From Acidimicrobiales bacterium (GTDB lineage: Bacteria; Actinomycetota; Acidimicrobiia; Acidimicrobiales; CADCSY01), in assembly GCA_030446545.1 (NCBI GenBank), contig JAUJNB010000013.1, positions 4,410-68,409 on the forward strand: DNA of 64,000 nt, given 5' to 3'. Positions 8,168-17,224 of this stretch are shown here, in pieces (within the stretch, counting starts at the first letter, position 1; each line of letters begins with the position of its first letter). The notes under the pieces are model-generated. The model did not search any database. It was not told where the DNA came from and saw only the letters and a program-made list of their open reading frames with translations. The translations under genes were made by a program, and so were the position numbers.

Positions 8168-10830
8168 CGCTGCGCCCGCAGGCTGCGACGGTGGCCCGCC
8201 GCCAGGGCCGGCCTGGTGGCCGGCAGGGCGATGGTGAAGGTGGAGCCCTCGCCCGGCTGGGAGCGGCAGGTGAGCGTGCCGCCGTGGGCCTCGCAGATGT
8301 GGCGGACGAGGGCCAGGCCCAGGCCCAGGCCACCGAACTCCCGGGTCGACGATCCGTCACCCTGGGCGAACTCCCCGAAGATGGTGCCGAGGCGCTCGGG
8401 CAGGATGCCCACGCCCTCGTCGCTCACCGACAGCTCCACGTAAGGCCGGGAGCCGTTGCCGGCCCGCCCTCCGGCCCTCGCCACCACCGTGACCACGCCA
8501 CCGTCGGGCGAGTACTTGACGGCGTTGTCGATGAGCTCGTCGACCACCTGTTCGAGGTAGCGCCGGTCGCCCTCGAGGTCGGGGATGCTGTCGGGCACCT
8601 GGCTGCGCAGCGTGTGGCGCTCGCCCAGTCGGTCCGCCCAACGGGCCGCGGCGTCGTCGACCAGGGCCCGGACGGGGACGGGCTCGGTGTGCAGGTCGAG
8701 GCGGCCGGCGGAGACGGTGGCGAAGTTCACCAGGCGACTGATGACCCGCTCGAGCTTCCCCGCGCTCACCAGGATCTCGGCCGCGAAGTCCTTGGTCTTG
8801 TCCTCCGACAGCGACCGGGTCGAGAGCATGGACGCGTAGCCCTTGATGGGGGTCAGCGGCGTCTTCCACTCATGGCTGATGTTGGCCAGGAACTCCGTCT
8901 TCATCCGTTCGACCTCACGCTCGGGGCGCAGGTCGCGCAGGACCACCACGCCACCCACCATCTCGCCTCCGGTGCCCCGCACCGCGCCGCAGGAGACGGC
9001 CACCGGCACCCGGGTGCCGTCGCGACGCACGACCGTCCCGGTGGTGCTCCAGGGCTCCAGGCGGGGGAAGGCGATGCGGGTGGTGAGGTCCTCGCCCTGA
9101 GGCCCGAGCAGGGCGAGCTCGGCCACCACCTGACCACAGACCTCGTTCGAGGGCCGGTCGAACAACTCCTCGGCGGCGGCGTTGAAGTCGGTGACCGTCC
9201 CGGCCCCGTCGACGGCCATCAGGGCCTCGCCCATGCCCGCCACCACCGCCTCGAGGCGGCCGCGCAGGCGGGCCTCGTCGACGGCCGACTCCCGCAGCTC
9301 ACCCGTCATGGACCCGAGGGCGGCGGCCATCGAGTCGAAGGCGTCTCCGAGCGTGCCCAGTTCGTCGCCGGGAGGCAGGCCGGCCCGGGCCTCCAGGTTG
9401 CCGCCCCGGATCTCCTCGGCCGAGCGGGTCAGCCGGCGCAGGCCGGCGCCGATGCGCTCACCGACCAGCGCCGCCAGCACCAGGGCCACCAGGGCCGCGC
9501 CCAGCGCCACCAGGAACAGGGTGCCGAAAAGCTGCTGGCGAGTGGTGGCCACCAGGGTCGTGGGCGCCGACACGACCACCGCGAAGACGGGTTCGGTCCC
9601 GCCGTACACCGGGTGGGCGGCCACGAACAGGCCGCCGACCAGTTGGCGGATGGGCTCACCGCTGTCGAGCGCTCCCCGGGCCGCGCTGGTCAACGTGGAG
9701 GAGGTGGGCTGGGTCCCGGCACTGGCCAGGACACCGTCGCGGCCGACCAGGGCCAGGCTCAGGCTGCGGTCGTTCTCCTTGCGCACCGCCAGGTACTCCC
9801 GGTCGAAGGGCTCGGCCGCGAAGACGGCGCCGACGAACCGGGACTGGCCCCGGACCGACACCCGGACCGGCGATGCCGCCGCGGCCAGGGCGTCGCCACC
9901 CACCAGGGCGGGGGCGCCGCGGTCGCCTTGTTGATCCTGGATCGTGTCCCGCACGACCTTGGCCCCGGAGATGTCGACCTGCACGTTGGGGCTGTCGACC
10001 CCCCTCCCGCCGACGACCACCCCCTCGCTGGTGACGTAGGCCAGGATGGCGCCCTGGAACACCAGGTTCTCGGCGATGGCGCCGAGGTCGGCCACCACCT
10101 CGTCAGCAGCCGTGGCCCCCGCTTCGGAACCCGGGTCCTCGGCCAGGGTGACCAGCCGGGCCACGTCCTCGGCTCCGCCGGACGAACCGAGGACGAGCGC
10201 CGCCAGCTTGGCGCTGAGCACGGCGTCGTTGGTGGCCCGCTCGATCTCGGCCGCCTCGGCTCCCGCCCGTGACTCGATGCGCAGCAGCGCCTCGTCCTCG
10301 ACGTTGTCGATCACCACCGCCGACAGCGCCACCGAGACGGCCAGCACCACCAGGAGGATGGTGCCCGTGGCGCTGGCCGCCACCCGGGCCGAGATCGACC
10401 GCTGGCTGGCGGTGAACAGCGCGGCCCCGAGGCCGAGGGCGCCCATCGCCCGGGCCGTGTCAGCGGCCCAGCCCAGGTCGGCCAGCGGTGACAACACCGT
10501 GATCACTTCGGCCGCCAGCAACAGGCCGAGGGCGAGGGCAAGCTGGCGACGGGGGGCGGCGTCGCCGGCACGCAGGGCCCCGGCCCCGAGCAGGACCAGA
10601 CCCACCAGGCGGGTGACGAGGACACCAGGGGCGGCCGGATCGTCCTGCAGGAGGGAGCCGTGCAGGAAGGCGGCCACGCCGACCGCCGTGAACCCCAGGG
10701 CGAGGAGGAGCTGTCCCCGCCGCTCCCCGGCCAGCAGCTTGGCCCGGACGACGACGCCGAGCCCGGCCACGGCGGCCAGGAACAGCACGAACTCGGCCGC
10801 GAAGCCGAGTTGCGCCGACGCTGCGCTCAA
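8164..10830 (-). CDS. Sensor histidine kinase (multi-TM, extracellular domain, HAMP, PAS, HisKA, HATPase)
   Basis: HAMP GDELGTLGDAFDSM; PAS FNAAAEELF; H-box ANISHEWKTPLT; N-box ELIDNAVKYS; DEGVGI; GGLGLGL. Confidence 0.93.
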   Translation of the reverse strand: MSAASAQLGFAAEFVLFLAAVAGLGVVVRAKLLAGERRGQLLLALGFTAVGVAAFLHGSLLQDDPAAPGVLVTRLVGLVLLGAGALRAGDAAPRRQLALALGLLLAAEVITVLSPLADLGWAADTARAMGALGLGAALFTASQRSISARVAASATGTILLVVLAVSVALSAVVIDNVEDEALLRIESRAGAEAAEIERATNDAVLSAKLAALVLGSSGGAEDVARLVTLAEDPGSEAGATAADEVVADLGAIAENLVFQGAILAYVTSEGVVVGGRGVDSPNVQVDISGAKVVRDTIQDQQGDRGAPALVGGDALAAAASPVRVSVRGQSRFVGAVFAAEPFDREYLAVRKENDRSLSLALVGRDGVLASAGTQPTSSTLTSAARGALDSGEPIRQLVGGLFVAAHPVYGGTEPVFAVVVSAPTTLVATTRQQLFGTLFLVALGAALVALVLAALVGERIGAGLRRLTRSAEEIRGGNLEARAGLPPGDELGTLGDAFDSMAAALGSMTGELRESAVDEARLRGRLEAVVAGMGEALMAVDGAGTVTDFNAAAEELFDRPSNEVCGQVVAELALLGPQGEDLTTRIAFPRLEPWSTTGTVVRRDGTRVPVAVSCGAVRGTGGEMVGGVVVLRDLRPEREVERMKTEFLANISHEWKTPLTPIKGYASMLSTRSLSEDKTKDFAAEILVSAGKLERVISRLVNFATVSAGRLDLHTEPVPVRALVDDAAARWADRLGERHTLRSQVPDSIPDLEGDRRYLEQVVDELIDNAVKYSPDGGVVTVVARAGGRAGNGSRPYVELSVSDEGVGILPERLGTIFGEFAQGDGSSTREFGGLGLGLALVRHICEAHGGTLTCRSQPGEGSTFTIALPATRPALAAGHRRSLRAQR

Positions 10831-10870
10831 GATCGGTCCCTCACCCCTCGTCGATCGGACATCTCTCTTC

Positions 10871-10897
10871 CTATCGGCTCACTCCCCCGGGCCCTGA
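10871..10897 (-). promoter_or_regulatory. sigma28 (FliA/WhiG)-like promoter of the kinase
   Basis: TCAGG-N14-GCCGATAG on the minus strand, preceded by an AAAAAG tract. Confidence 0.55.
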
Positions 10898-10911
10898 AGG
10901 CCCTTTTTGGC

Positions 10912-12039
10912 CTACGGCAGCGGGGAAAGCGGATCCCCGCCCTGGTCGACCAGCACCCGGAGTGCCTCGGAGAGGCTATCCACCGGCTCGACCGTCAACC
11001 GGTCGTCGGCCAGGCCACGGACAGCCTCGGCCTCGGCCGTGGGAACGAGCAGGAGGTCGATCCCCTCGTCCACCGCCACGGCGGTCTTCTGGGCCAACCC
11101 CCCGACCGGGCCCACCGACCCGTCCAGCTCGATGGTGCCGGTGGCGGCCACCCGCCGACCCCCGGTGAGCTCACCGGGCGTGAGGACGTCGAGGATCTCC
11201 AGGGTGAAGGCCAGGCCGGCCGAAGGGCCACCGATGCGATCAGAGGCGATGTCGACCTGGAAGGGGAGGTCGAGGCGGGGGGCGCGCGTCCGGAGGGTGG
11301 TTCCGAGGAACGCCGTGGCCGGGTCGTCAGGGCTGCCGGCGAGGGTCAGGGTGACCGGGCGCTGCTCCCCGGTGCCACCGCCGGCGCCGGCCCTCCCGGC
11401 CGACTCGACCAGAAGCTCGACCTCGGCGCCCGGCCGACGCCGGCGCAGCGCCCCGAGGACGTCGTGGTGGGCGGTGACGGGAGACCCGCCGACGCCGAGG
11501 ATCGTGTCACCGGCCACCAGCACCCCGTCGGACGGGGAGCCGGGAACCACCTGGACCACCTCGGCCCCGGTCCCGGCCACGGCGTCGTAGCCCAGCTCCT
11601 CGAAGGCGACGGCCACCGCCTGGGCCTTGGAGGAGTCCATCTGGGCCAGGTTGAAGTCCCGCAGCTCTTCGGTATTCACGTCGGGAGGCACGATCTGGTC
11701 CCGGGCCACGACCTCCACGGTCGGATCGAGCCACCCACGCAGCGCCCCGGCCACGTTCACCTGACCCAGGCGGACGGTGATCAGGTGGATCTGGCCCCGG
11801 GTGGGGACACGGCGCTCGGCGGCCACGTCCACGAGTGGGCCCACCTCGACGGCCGATCCCGGTGAGATGGCGAGATAGGGCACCTCCACCTGCATCACCC
11901 CCAGCGTCAGCACCGCCACCACGGCCACAGCCAGGGCCAGGCGCCAACGCGGGGAGACCTCCCACCCGGGCAGCGAACTCTCCGACGGGGCGAGCGGGGG
12001 GCTCGGCGCTACCCTCGTGCTCCCGGTGTCCATGTTCAT
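10912..12039 (-). CDS. PDZ-domain Lon-like (S16, YlbL-type) protease
   Basis: TM helix; PYLAISPGS; QMDSSKAQA; GGPSAGLAFTL (Ser) and GGLAQK (Lys) dyad; start chosen at MNMDTG, the longer ORF is shadow of the HEAT gene. Confidence 0.9.
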   Translation of the reverse strand: MNMDTGSTRVAPSPPLAPSESSLPGWEVSPRWRLALAVAVVAVLTLGVMQVEVPYLAISPGSAVEVGPLVDVAAERRVPTRGQIHLITVRLGQVNVAGALRGWLDPTVEVVARDQIVPPDVNTEELRDFNLAQMDSSKAQAVAVAFEELGYDAVAGTGAEVVQVVPGSPSDGVLVAGDTILGVGGSPVTAHHDVLGALRRRRPGAEVELLVESAGRAGAGGGTGEQRPVTLTLAGSPDDPATAFLGTTLRTRAPRLDLPFQVDIASDRIGGPSAGLAFTLEILDVLTPGELTGGRRVAATGTIELDGSVGPVGGLAQKTAVAVDEGIDLLLVPTAEAEAVRGLADDRLTVEPVDSLSEALRVLVDQGGDPLSPLP

Positions 12040-12183
12040 CTGCCTCGCCGTGGTCGCCTCGTCGATGCCGTCGGTGGCCGCCGTACTGCACGCCAGGCCG
12101 GGCGACCAGGCCAGCGTGCCACGCCCCGGCGCCGACGACGACGCGGGGCGCCGGAATCGGTCGCCGGCCGCGCCGGCCCCCAG

Positions 12184-12822
12184 ATGAGCGACGTCGGGCC
12201 CGGTCGTGGGGACGGGCCCGGGCCAGGACGGAGGGACGCGGCCGTCGCCGGCCACGAAGGGGAGTTCGACCTGGCGCAGCGCCTGCTCGAGCACCCCGAT
12301 GCGGGGACACGGGCCACTGCGCTGGCCGCGCTGTCCAGGATGGGGAAGATGGCAACGGCGACGCTGCGGGTGGCCCTGGCCGATCCCTCGCCGGTGGTGC
12401 GCCGGCGAGCCGTCGTGCTGGCCGTGGCCCGCCCCACCATCTCGCTCATCCCCCTGCTGGGAGATGCCGACGACACCGTGGTGGAGGCCGCCGCCTACGC
12501 CTGCGGGGAGCGCCGGCCGGCCGAGCCCGGCGTGGTGGCGAACCTGGCCGCAGTGGCGACCGACCACGCCGACGGCCTGTGTCGGGAGGCGGCGGTGGCC
12601 GCCCTCGGGGCACTGGGCGATGCGTCCGGACTTTCGGCCATCCTGGCCGCCACTCGGGACCGGGCCACGGTGCGCCGGCGCGCCGTTCTCGCCCTCGCCC
12701 CCTTCACCGGCCCCGAGGTCGACGCCGCTCTGGCCCGGGCGATGGGCGATCGTGACTGGCAGGTCCGCCAGGCCGCCGAGGACATCGGGGCCGCCACCGG
12801 GACACCCGACAAGGATCCCTGA
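12184..12822 (+). CDS. HEAT/PBS-lyase repeat protein
   Basis: Repeats LADPSPVVRRRA, CREAAVAALGALGD, DRDWQVRQAA. Confidence 0.85.
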   Translation: MSDVGPGRGDGPGPGRRDAAVAGHEGEFDLAQRLLEHPDAGTRATALAALSRMGKMATATLRVALADPSPVVRRRAVVLAVARPTISLIPLLGDADDTVVEAAAYACGERRPAEPGVVANLAAVATDHADGLCREAAVAALGALGDASGLSAILAATRDRATVRRRAVLALAPFTGPEVDAALARAMGDRDWQVRQAAEDIGAATGTPDKDP

Positions 12823-12865
12823 CCGCGCCTCCACCGCCCCCCGGGCCGTCCGGAGCCGGGAACGG

Positions 12866-13858
12866 TCACATGAACATCGTCTTGAGGTCGTCGTAGGCCT
12901 CGATGCAGCGGCCGGCGCCGAGCACCACGCACTCGAGGGGGGCGTCGACCAGGTGCACGGGCACGTTGGTCTCCTCGGCCAGACGCTGGTTGAGCCCGCG
13001 CAGCATGCCTCCGCCGCCCACCAGGTGGATGCCGTGGTTGATCAGGTCCTGGGCCAGTTCGGGCTGGGCCTGGCCGAGGCAGGACACGACCGAGTCGCAC
13101 ACCGCGCTGATCTGGTCGTCGATGGAGGCACGGACCTCCCCCGGCGACAGGATCACCGTCTTCGGGAGGCCGCTCATGAGATCACGGCCCCGCACCTCGG
13201 CCTTGACCTCCTCCCTGGTGGGCCAGGCCGAGCCGATGGCCACCTTGATGTCCTCGGCCGTGCGCTCCCCCACGGCGATCCCGTACTCGCGCTTGACGTA
13301 CGACTGGATGGCGTAGTCGAGGTCGAACGAGCCGAGGCGGATGGCCCGGAGGGCGACGATGCCCCCGAGGGAGATCACGGCCGTCTCCGAAGTCCCGCCA
13401 CCGATGTCGACCACCATGTTGCCGAAGGGCTCGTTGACCGGGAGCCCGGCCCCGATGGCGGCGGCCATGGGCTGGCCGATGAGTTGGGCGTCGGCCGCAC
13501 CGGCCCGCCGGGCCGCCTCGGTGACCGCCCGACGCTCCACCTCGGTGATGGCGGAGGGCACGCAGATCACCACCCGGGGACGGTTGAAGCGACTGACCCC
13601 GGCCCGGTTGAGCAGCAGGCGGATCATGCGCTGGGTGACGTCGAAGTCGGTGATAGCACCCTTGCGCAGGGGGCGTACGGCCTGGATGTAGCTGGGGGTA
13701 CGGCCGATCATCTGCCACGCCTCGTGGCCCATGGCCAACACGTCGCCCGTCTTGACGTTGAGGGCGATGACCGAGGGCTCGTTCAACACGATCCCCTGGC
13801 CCTTGGCGTAGACGAGGGTGTTGGCCGTTCCCAGGTCGATGGCGAGGTCGCGAGCCAC
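12866..13858 (-). CDS. mreB: Rod shape-determining protein MreB/Mbl
   Basis: AIDLGTANT, EPSVIA, PSAITEVERRAV, VVDIGGGTSE, VGERTAEDIK, GGGGML. Confidence 0.95.
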   Translation of the reverse strand: MARDLAIDLGTANTLVYAKGQGIVLNEPSVIALNVKTGDVLAMGHEAWQMIGRTPSYIQAVRPLRKGAITDFDVTQRMIRLLLNRAGVSRFNRPRVVICVPSAITEVERRAVTEAARRAGAADAQLIGQPMAAAIGAGLPVNEPFGNMVVDIGGGTSETAVISLGGIVALRAIRLGSFDLDYAIQSYVKREYGIAVGERTAEDIKVAIGSAWPTREEVKAEVRGRDLMSGLPKTVILSPGEVRASIDDQISAVCDSVVSCLGQAQPELAQDLINHGIHLVGGGGMLRGLNQRLAEETNVPVHLVDAPLECVVLGAGRCIEAYDDLKTMFM

Positions 13859-13876
13859 TAGCGGCCCAGGACCCGG

Positions 13877-13950
13877 AGCGAAACCACCTGGGCCACTGGA
13901 GTGACGAACGAGGAGGTCAACCGCCCTGGAAACGCCCAGGTGGTTTCGCT
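13877..13950 (-). promoter_or_regulatory. 17-bp perfect inverted repeat in the mreB leader
   Basis: agcgaaaccacctgggc (13877-13893) / gcccaggtggtttcgct (13934-13950). Confidence 0.7.
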
Positions 13951-13967
13951 GCGGGCCCTCACCTGCG

Positions 13968-14162
13968 TCAGCGTCGCCGCTCGCGACGTCGGGGGTCGGA
14001 GCCGAGGCGGGTCTGGTGTTCGGGCGAGAGGGCGTCCATCTCCCGGCTGAAGTCGTCGATCCCCTGGTTCAACGACGTGGGCTGGCGGTGATGGAGCCAC
14101 AGGATGACCGAGCCGATCACACTCACGACCAGGGCGGCGACGAGGAAGACGAGGCCACTCAC
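13968..14162 (-). CDS. Small single-TM hypothetical protein
   Basis: GTGA overlap with the moaE stop; VSGLVFLVAALVVSVIGSVILWL..GIDDFSREMDALSP. Confidence 0.7.
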   Translation of the reverse strand: MSGLVFLVAALVVSVIGSVILWLHHRQPTSLNQGIDDFSREMDALSPEHQTRLGSDPRRRERRR

Positions 14163-14620
14163 GACGGTGCGCTCTCCGACCCGGCCGTCGCCGGCGCCCA
14201 GTCCTGACCGTGCGCCCAGGTCTCCTTCTTCCAGATGGGGACCGACTCCTTCAAGGTGTCGATGCAAAAGCGGGCGCCCTCGAAGGCCACGTCACGATGG
14301 GGGGCCCCGGCGGCCACCACCACGGCCACATCCTCGACGCCGAGCAGGCCGATCCGGTGCAGCATGGCCAGGCGACCGAGGTCGGGCCAGCGATCGCGGG
14401 CGGCGGCGGCCACCGCCGCCAGGCGGGGCTCCACCTGTTCGGCGTAGGCCTCGTAGTCGAGGCTGGAGACGCCCGGGCGCCCGTCGGCGTGATCACGGAC
14501 AGTTCCGGCGAAGACCACCACGGCACCGCAGTCGGGCCGCACCGTCCAGCGGGAGACGGCATCCACCGGCAGTGAGTCGACGCAAAGGGCGATCCACGTG
14601 TCGTCGGAGGGCGGACGCAT
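14159..14620 (-). CDS. moaE: Molybdopterin synthase catalytic subunit
   Basis: CGAVVVFAGTVRD, LDYEAY, HRIG, APHR, IDTLKESVPIWKKE. Confidence 0.93.
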   Translation of the reverse strand: MRPPSDDTWIALCVDSLPVDAVSRWTVRPDCGAVVVFAGTVRDHADGRPGVSSLDYEAYAEQVEPRLAAVAAAARDRWPDLGRLAMLHRIGLLGVEDVAVVVAAGAPHRDVAFEGARFCIDTLKESVPIWKKETWAHGQDWAPATAGSESAPS

Positions 14621-14633
14621 CCCCTCATGCTAA

Positions 14634-15401
14634 TTGCCGCGCACGAGCCCGAAGGGCTCGAACCCGGTTTCCGGGTCGAGGCGAACCGGTACCCCGGCCA
14701 CGGCCACGGGTTACCCTGGCCCGGTGGTCGATTCGACCGACGCTGACCTGGCCGCACCCCCGCCCCTCACCGGTGGCGAGCGCCAGCTCAGCCTGACCGA
14801 CGACGTCGTGCCGGTCGGGGCCCCGCTGGCCGATCTGGCCTCGGCCGCAGCCGGGTGCCAGGCGTGCGAGCTGTGGGAGCGGGCGTCCCGGACGGTGTTC
14901 GGCGCAGGACCCCCGACCGCCCGGGTCATGCTGGTGGGCGAGCAACCCGGGGACGTGGAGGACCGGGAGGGTGCCCCCTTCGTCGGTCCCGCCGGTCGGA
15001 TCCTCGACCAGGCCCTCGAGGCGGCCGGCATCGTCCGGGAGCAGACCTACGTGACCAACGTGGTGAAGCACTTCAAGTGGACGCCGCGAGGCAAGCGACG
15101 TTTGCACCAGAGCCCCAACGCGGCCGAGCAGGCGGCGTGCCGCCCCTGGCTGGAAGGCGAGCTGGCGGTGGTCCGCCCCGAGGTGCTGGTGGCCCTCGGG
15201 GCCACTGCCGCCAAGGCGCTGCTCGGTCGGGACTTCCGGGTGAGCCGGAACCGGGGACGCTTCGTGGCCTCACCCCTCGCCCCCCGGGTGCTGGCCACGG
15301 TGCACCCGTCGTCGATCCTGCGCACCGACCCGGCCGAGCGGGCACCGGCTCTCCAGGGCCTGGTCGACGACCTGGCGGTGGTGGCCGCCGTGCTGGCATG
15401 A
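14634..15401 (+). CDS. udgX: UdgX-type family 4 uracil-DNA glycosylase (true start probably later)
   Basis: CQACELW, MLVGEQPGDVED, YVTNVVKHFKW, R-loop GKRRLHQ, TVHPSSIL. Confidence 0.88.
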   Translation: MPRTSPKGSNPVSGSRRTGTPATATGYPGPVVDSTDADLAAPPPLTGGERQLSLTDDVVPVGAPLADLASAAAGCQACELWERASRTVFGAGPPTARVMLVGEQPGDVEDREGAPFVGPAGRILDQALEAAGIVREQTYVTNVVKHFKWTPRGKRRLHQSPNAAEQAACRPWLEGELAVVRPEVLVALGATAAKALLGRDFRVSRNRGRFVASPLAPRVLATVHPSSILRTDPAERAPALQGLVDDLAVVAAVLA

Positions 15402-15820
15402 AGGTGAGCACGGTCATCGCCGCCCGACCGGCGCGGGTGTGGCCCCATCTGGCCGATCTCTCCTCGCACGTCGAGTGGATGGCCGACGCCGAGACCATCC
15501 GCTTCACCACCCCCCAGCAACAGGGGGTGGGCACCAGCTTCGAGTGCGACACCAAGGTGGGCCCGCTGCGCCTCACCGACCGGATGGAGGTCACCGAGTG
15601 GGAAGAGGGACACCTCATCGGCGTGCGCCATCACGGGTTGGTCACCGGCAAGGGCCGCTTCACCATCGAGCGCCTCGACCGCGGGGAACGGACCCGCTTC
15701 ACCTGGGAGGAGGAGCTGGCCTTCCCGTGGCGCCTGGCCACCCCGGTCCTGGGCGCCATCTGGCGTCGCAACCTGTCCCGCCTGAAGGTCCGGGTCGAGT
15801 CCGGCACCGATCCCGGCTGA
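15398..15820 (+). CDS. SRPBCC/polyketide cyclase family protein
   Basis: ATGA overlap with udgX; IAARPARVW..DLSSHVEWM..GVGTSF..DRMEVTEW. Confidence 0.85.
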   Translation: MKVSTVIAARPARVWPHLADLSSHVEWMADAETIRFTTPQQQGVGTSFECDTKVGPLRLTDRMEVTEWEEGHLIGVRHHGLVTGKGRFTIERLDRGERTRFTWEEELAFPWRLATPVLGAIWRRNLSRLKVRVESGTDPG

Positions 15821-15942
15821 GCCCGGAGGCGCCCACGGCCCAGCCAGCTGGCCCGGGCCAGTGATGGTGCCCCGTCCCTGATCCGACGGCCACGGACGCC
15901 GACCGGCTCCAGGTCCCTGCACCGGCGAGCCACCCGCCCCTT

Positions 15943-16862
15943 TCACACCGAGCACCGACGACGGAGGGCGAGCGCCTGGCGGGTGCGATCGACGAGGTGG
16001 ACGGCAGACGTCTTGGACGTGATGTGCAGGACCAGCCACCCCGCCACCTCGAGGTCATTGCGCCGGATGGCCCCGTCATCGAAGATCGACCGGATGGTGC
16101 CATGGGGGTTGAACCCGTCGAACTCGAGGGCCACCCTGTCCTCGGGATAGGCGTAGTCGAGGATCCGTCTACGACCTTCGACCACCACTTCGAACTGCTG
16201 CACCGGCAGGGGCATGCCCGTCGCCCGAAGGACCTCGAGCACGTCGACCTCTCGCCGGCTCCCCCAGCCTCGCGACCCTCCAGGCGATCCGCCAGCACCT
16301 CACGCATCGGAGCCAGGTCTCGACGGCCAGGGTGATCGAGGCGATCGAGGCAAGCCGAGAGGTCACCGATCTCGAGGAGGCCGCGCCGATCGGCATCGTC
16401 GACCGCGACGACCAGGGCCTCTCCGGGGAGATCGGAGACGCTGTCGACGAGGGTCCGGGCCACGGTCGTGATGGGGACGAGTTGGTGGCGGGCCAGGTCG
16501 GCCGGGGAGATCTGGGCGGAACGGTGCTGGCGGACCCCGTTGAGGTTGACCCGGACCGCCCTCGGGGTGACCACGTCGATTCGGCTGGGCCGGGGTACCA
16601 GGAGGCCCCACTGAGCGGCGGCGCTGCGGTGCGAGACCCAGCAGTTCTCGCCCACGGCCAGGCACACGGCGAGCAGGGCCTGCTCACGGGAGGGGCGTGC
16701 TCCGGCCACCGCGTAGACGCCGCGGCGCATGGCCACCCAGCTGCCCCTGGTGACCCGGACCCTGATGGCCATCGGCGTCATCCCCACGGCCAGCGCCTGA
16801 GCTCGCGTGACGAGGCCGTGTTGACGCCGAGCGACGACGCCGATAGCTCGTTCCGGGCTCAT
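15943..16862 (-). CDS. AbiEi-antitoxin-domain / DUF559 endonuclease-like protein (frameshift at C5 run ~16261)
   Basis: ARRQHGLVTRAQAL, RRGVY, SHRSAAAQWG, TTVARTLVD, then LPVQQFEV..LDYAYPEDRVALEFDG..H..RRNDL..GWLVLHIT. Confidence 0.88.
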
Positions 16863-16948
16863 GCGGAAATGATGCCGCCGAGGTGGGACACTCCTCCGGA
16901 GAACCGCTGGTGACGGCGGCCCCTTCGCCAGCATTACGAGATCGACCG

Positions 16949-16995
16949 AGCTGGGGAGCATTGTGGTTGTAGAGCAACCCGGAGGCTCCCCAGCT
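16949..16995. repeat. Nested palindrome upstream of the DUF559 gene
   Basis: agctggggagc ... gctccccagct enclosing ggttg-tagag-caacc. Confidence 0.7.
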
Positions 16996-17092
16996 GTCTG
17001 TGGGCTGGGGCTCCTGGGGCGGGTGGGGCTCGTGGGGTTGTGCCACGCTGTGGGGCTCGTGGGGCTGCCCGGAAACGCACGCAGCCCCGGGA

Positions 17093-17151
17093 GGCGTGGG
17101 CCGAGCGCGGCGTGGGCCGAGCGCGGCGTGGGCCGAGCGCGGCGTGGGCCG
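17093..17151. repeat. 16-bp tandem repeat, about 3.7 copies
   Basis: (ggcgtgggccgagcgc)n without spacers. Confidence 0.9.
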
Positions 17152-17224
17152 GGAAGCGTGGCCCGCGCCGGAACGCGGGAAGCGTGGGACGGGTGAGGGG
17201 ACCGGGGGCGAACTCGGCGACGGG

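Noticed and set aside
8860-8880. Atypical H-box HEWKTP in the kinase
   Set aside because: The phospho-His is intact, and TGG is one base from TTG (Leu); cannot be separated from sequencing error
17093-17151. Possible CRISPR array
   Set aside because: Contiguous 16-bp tandem units with no spacers and no cas genes
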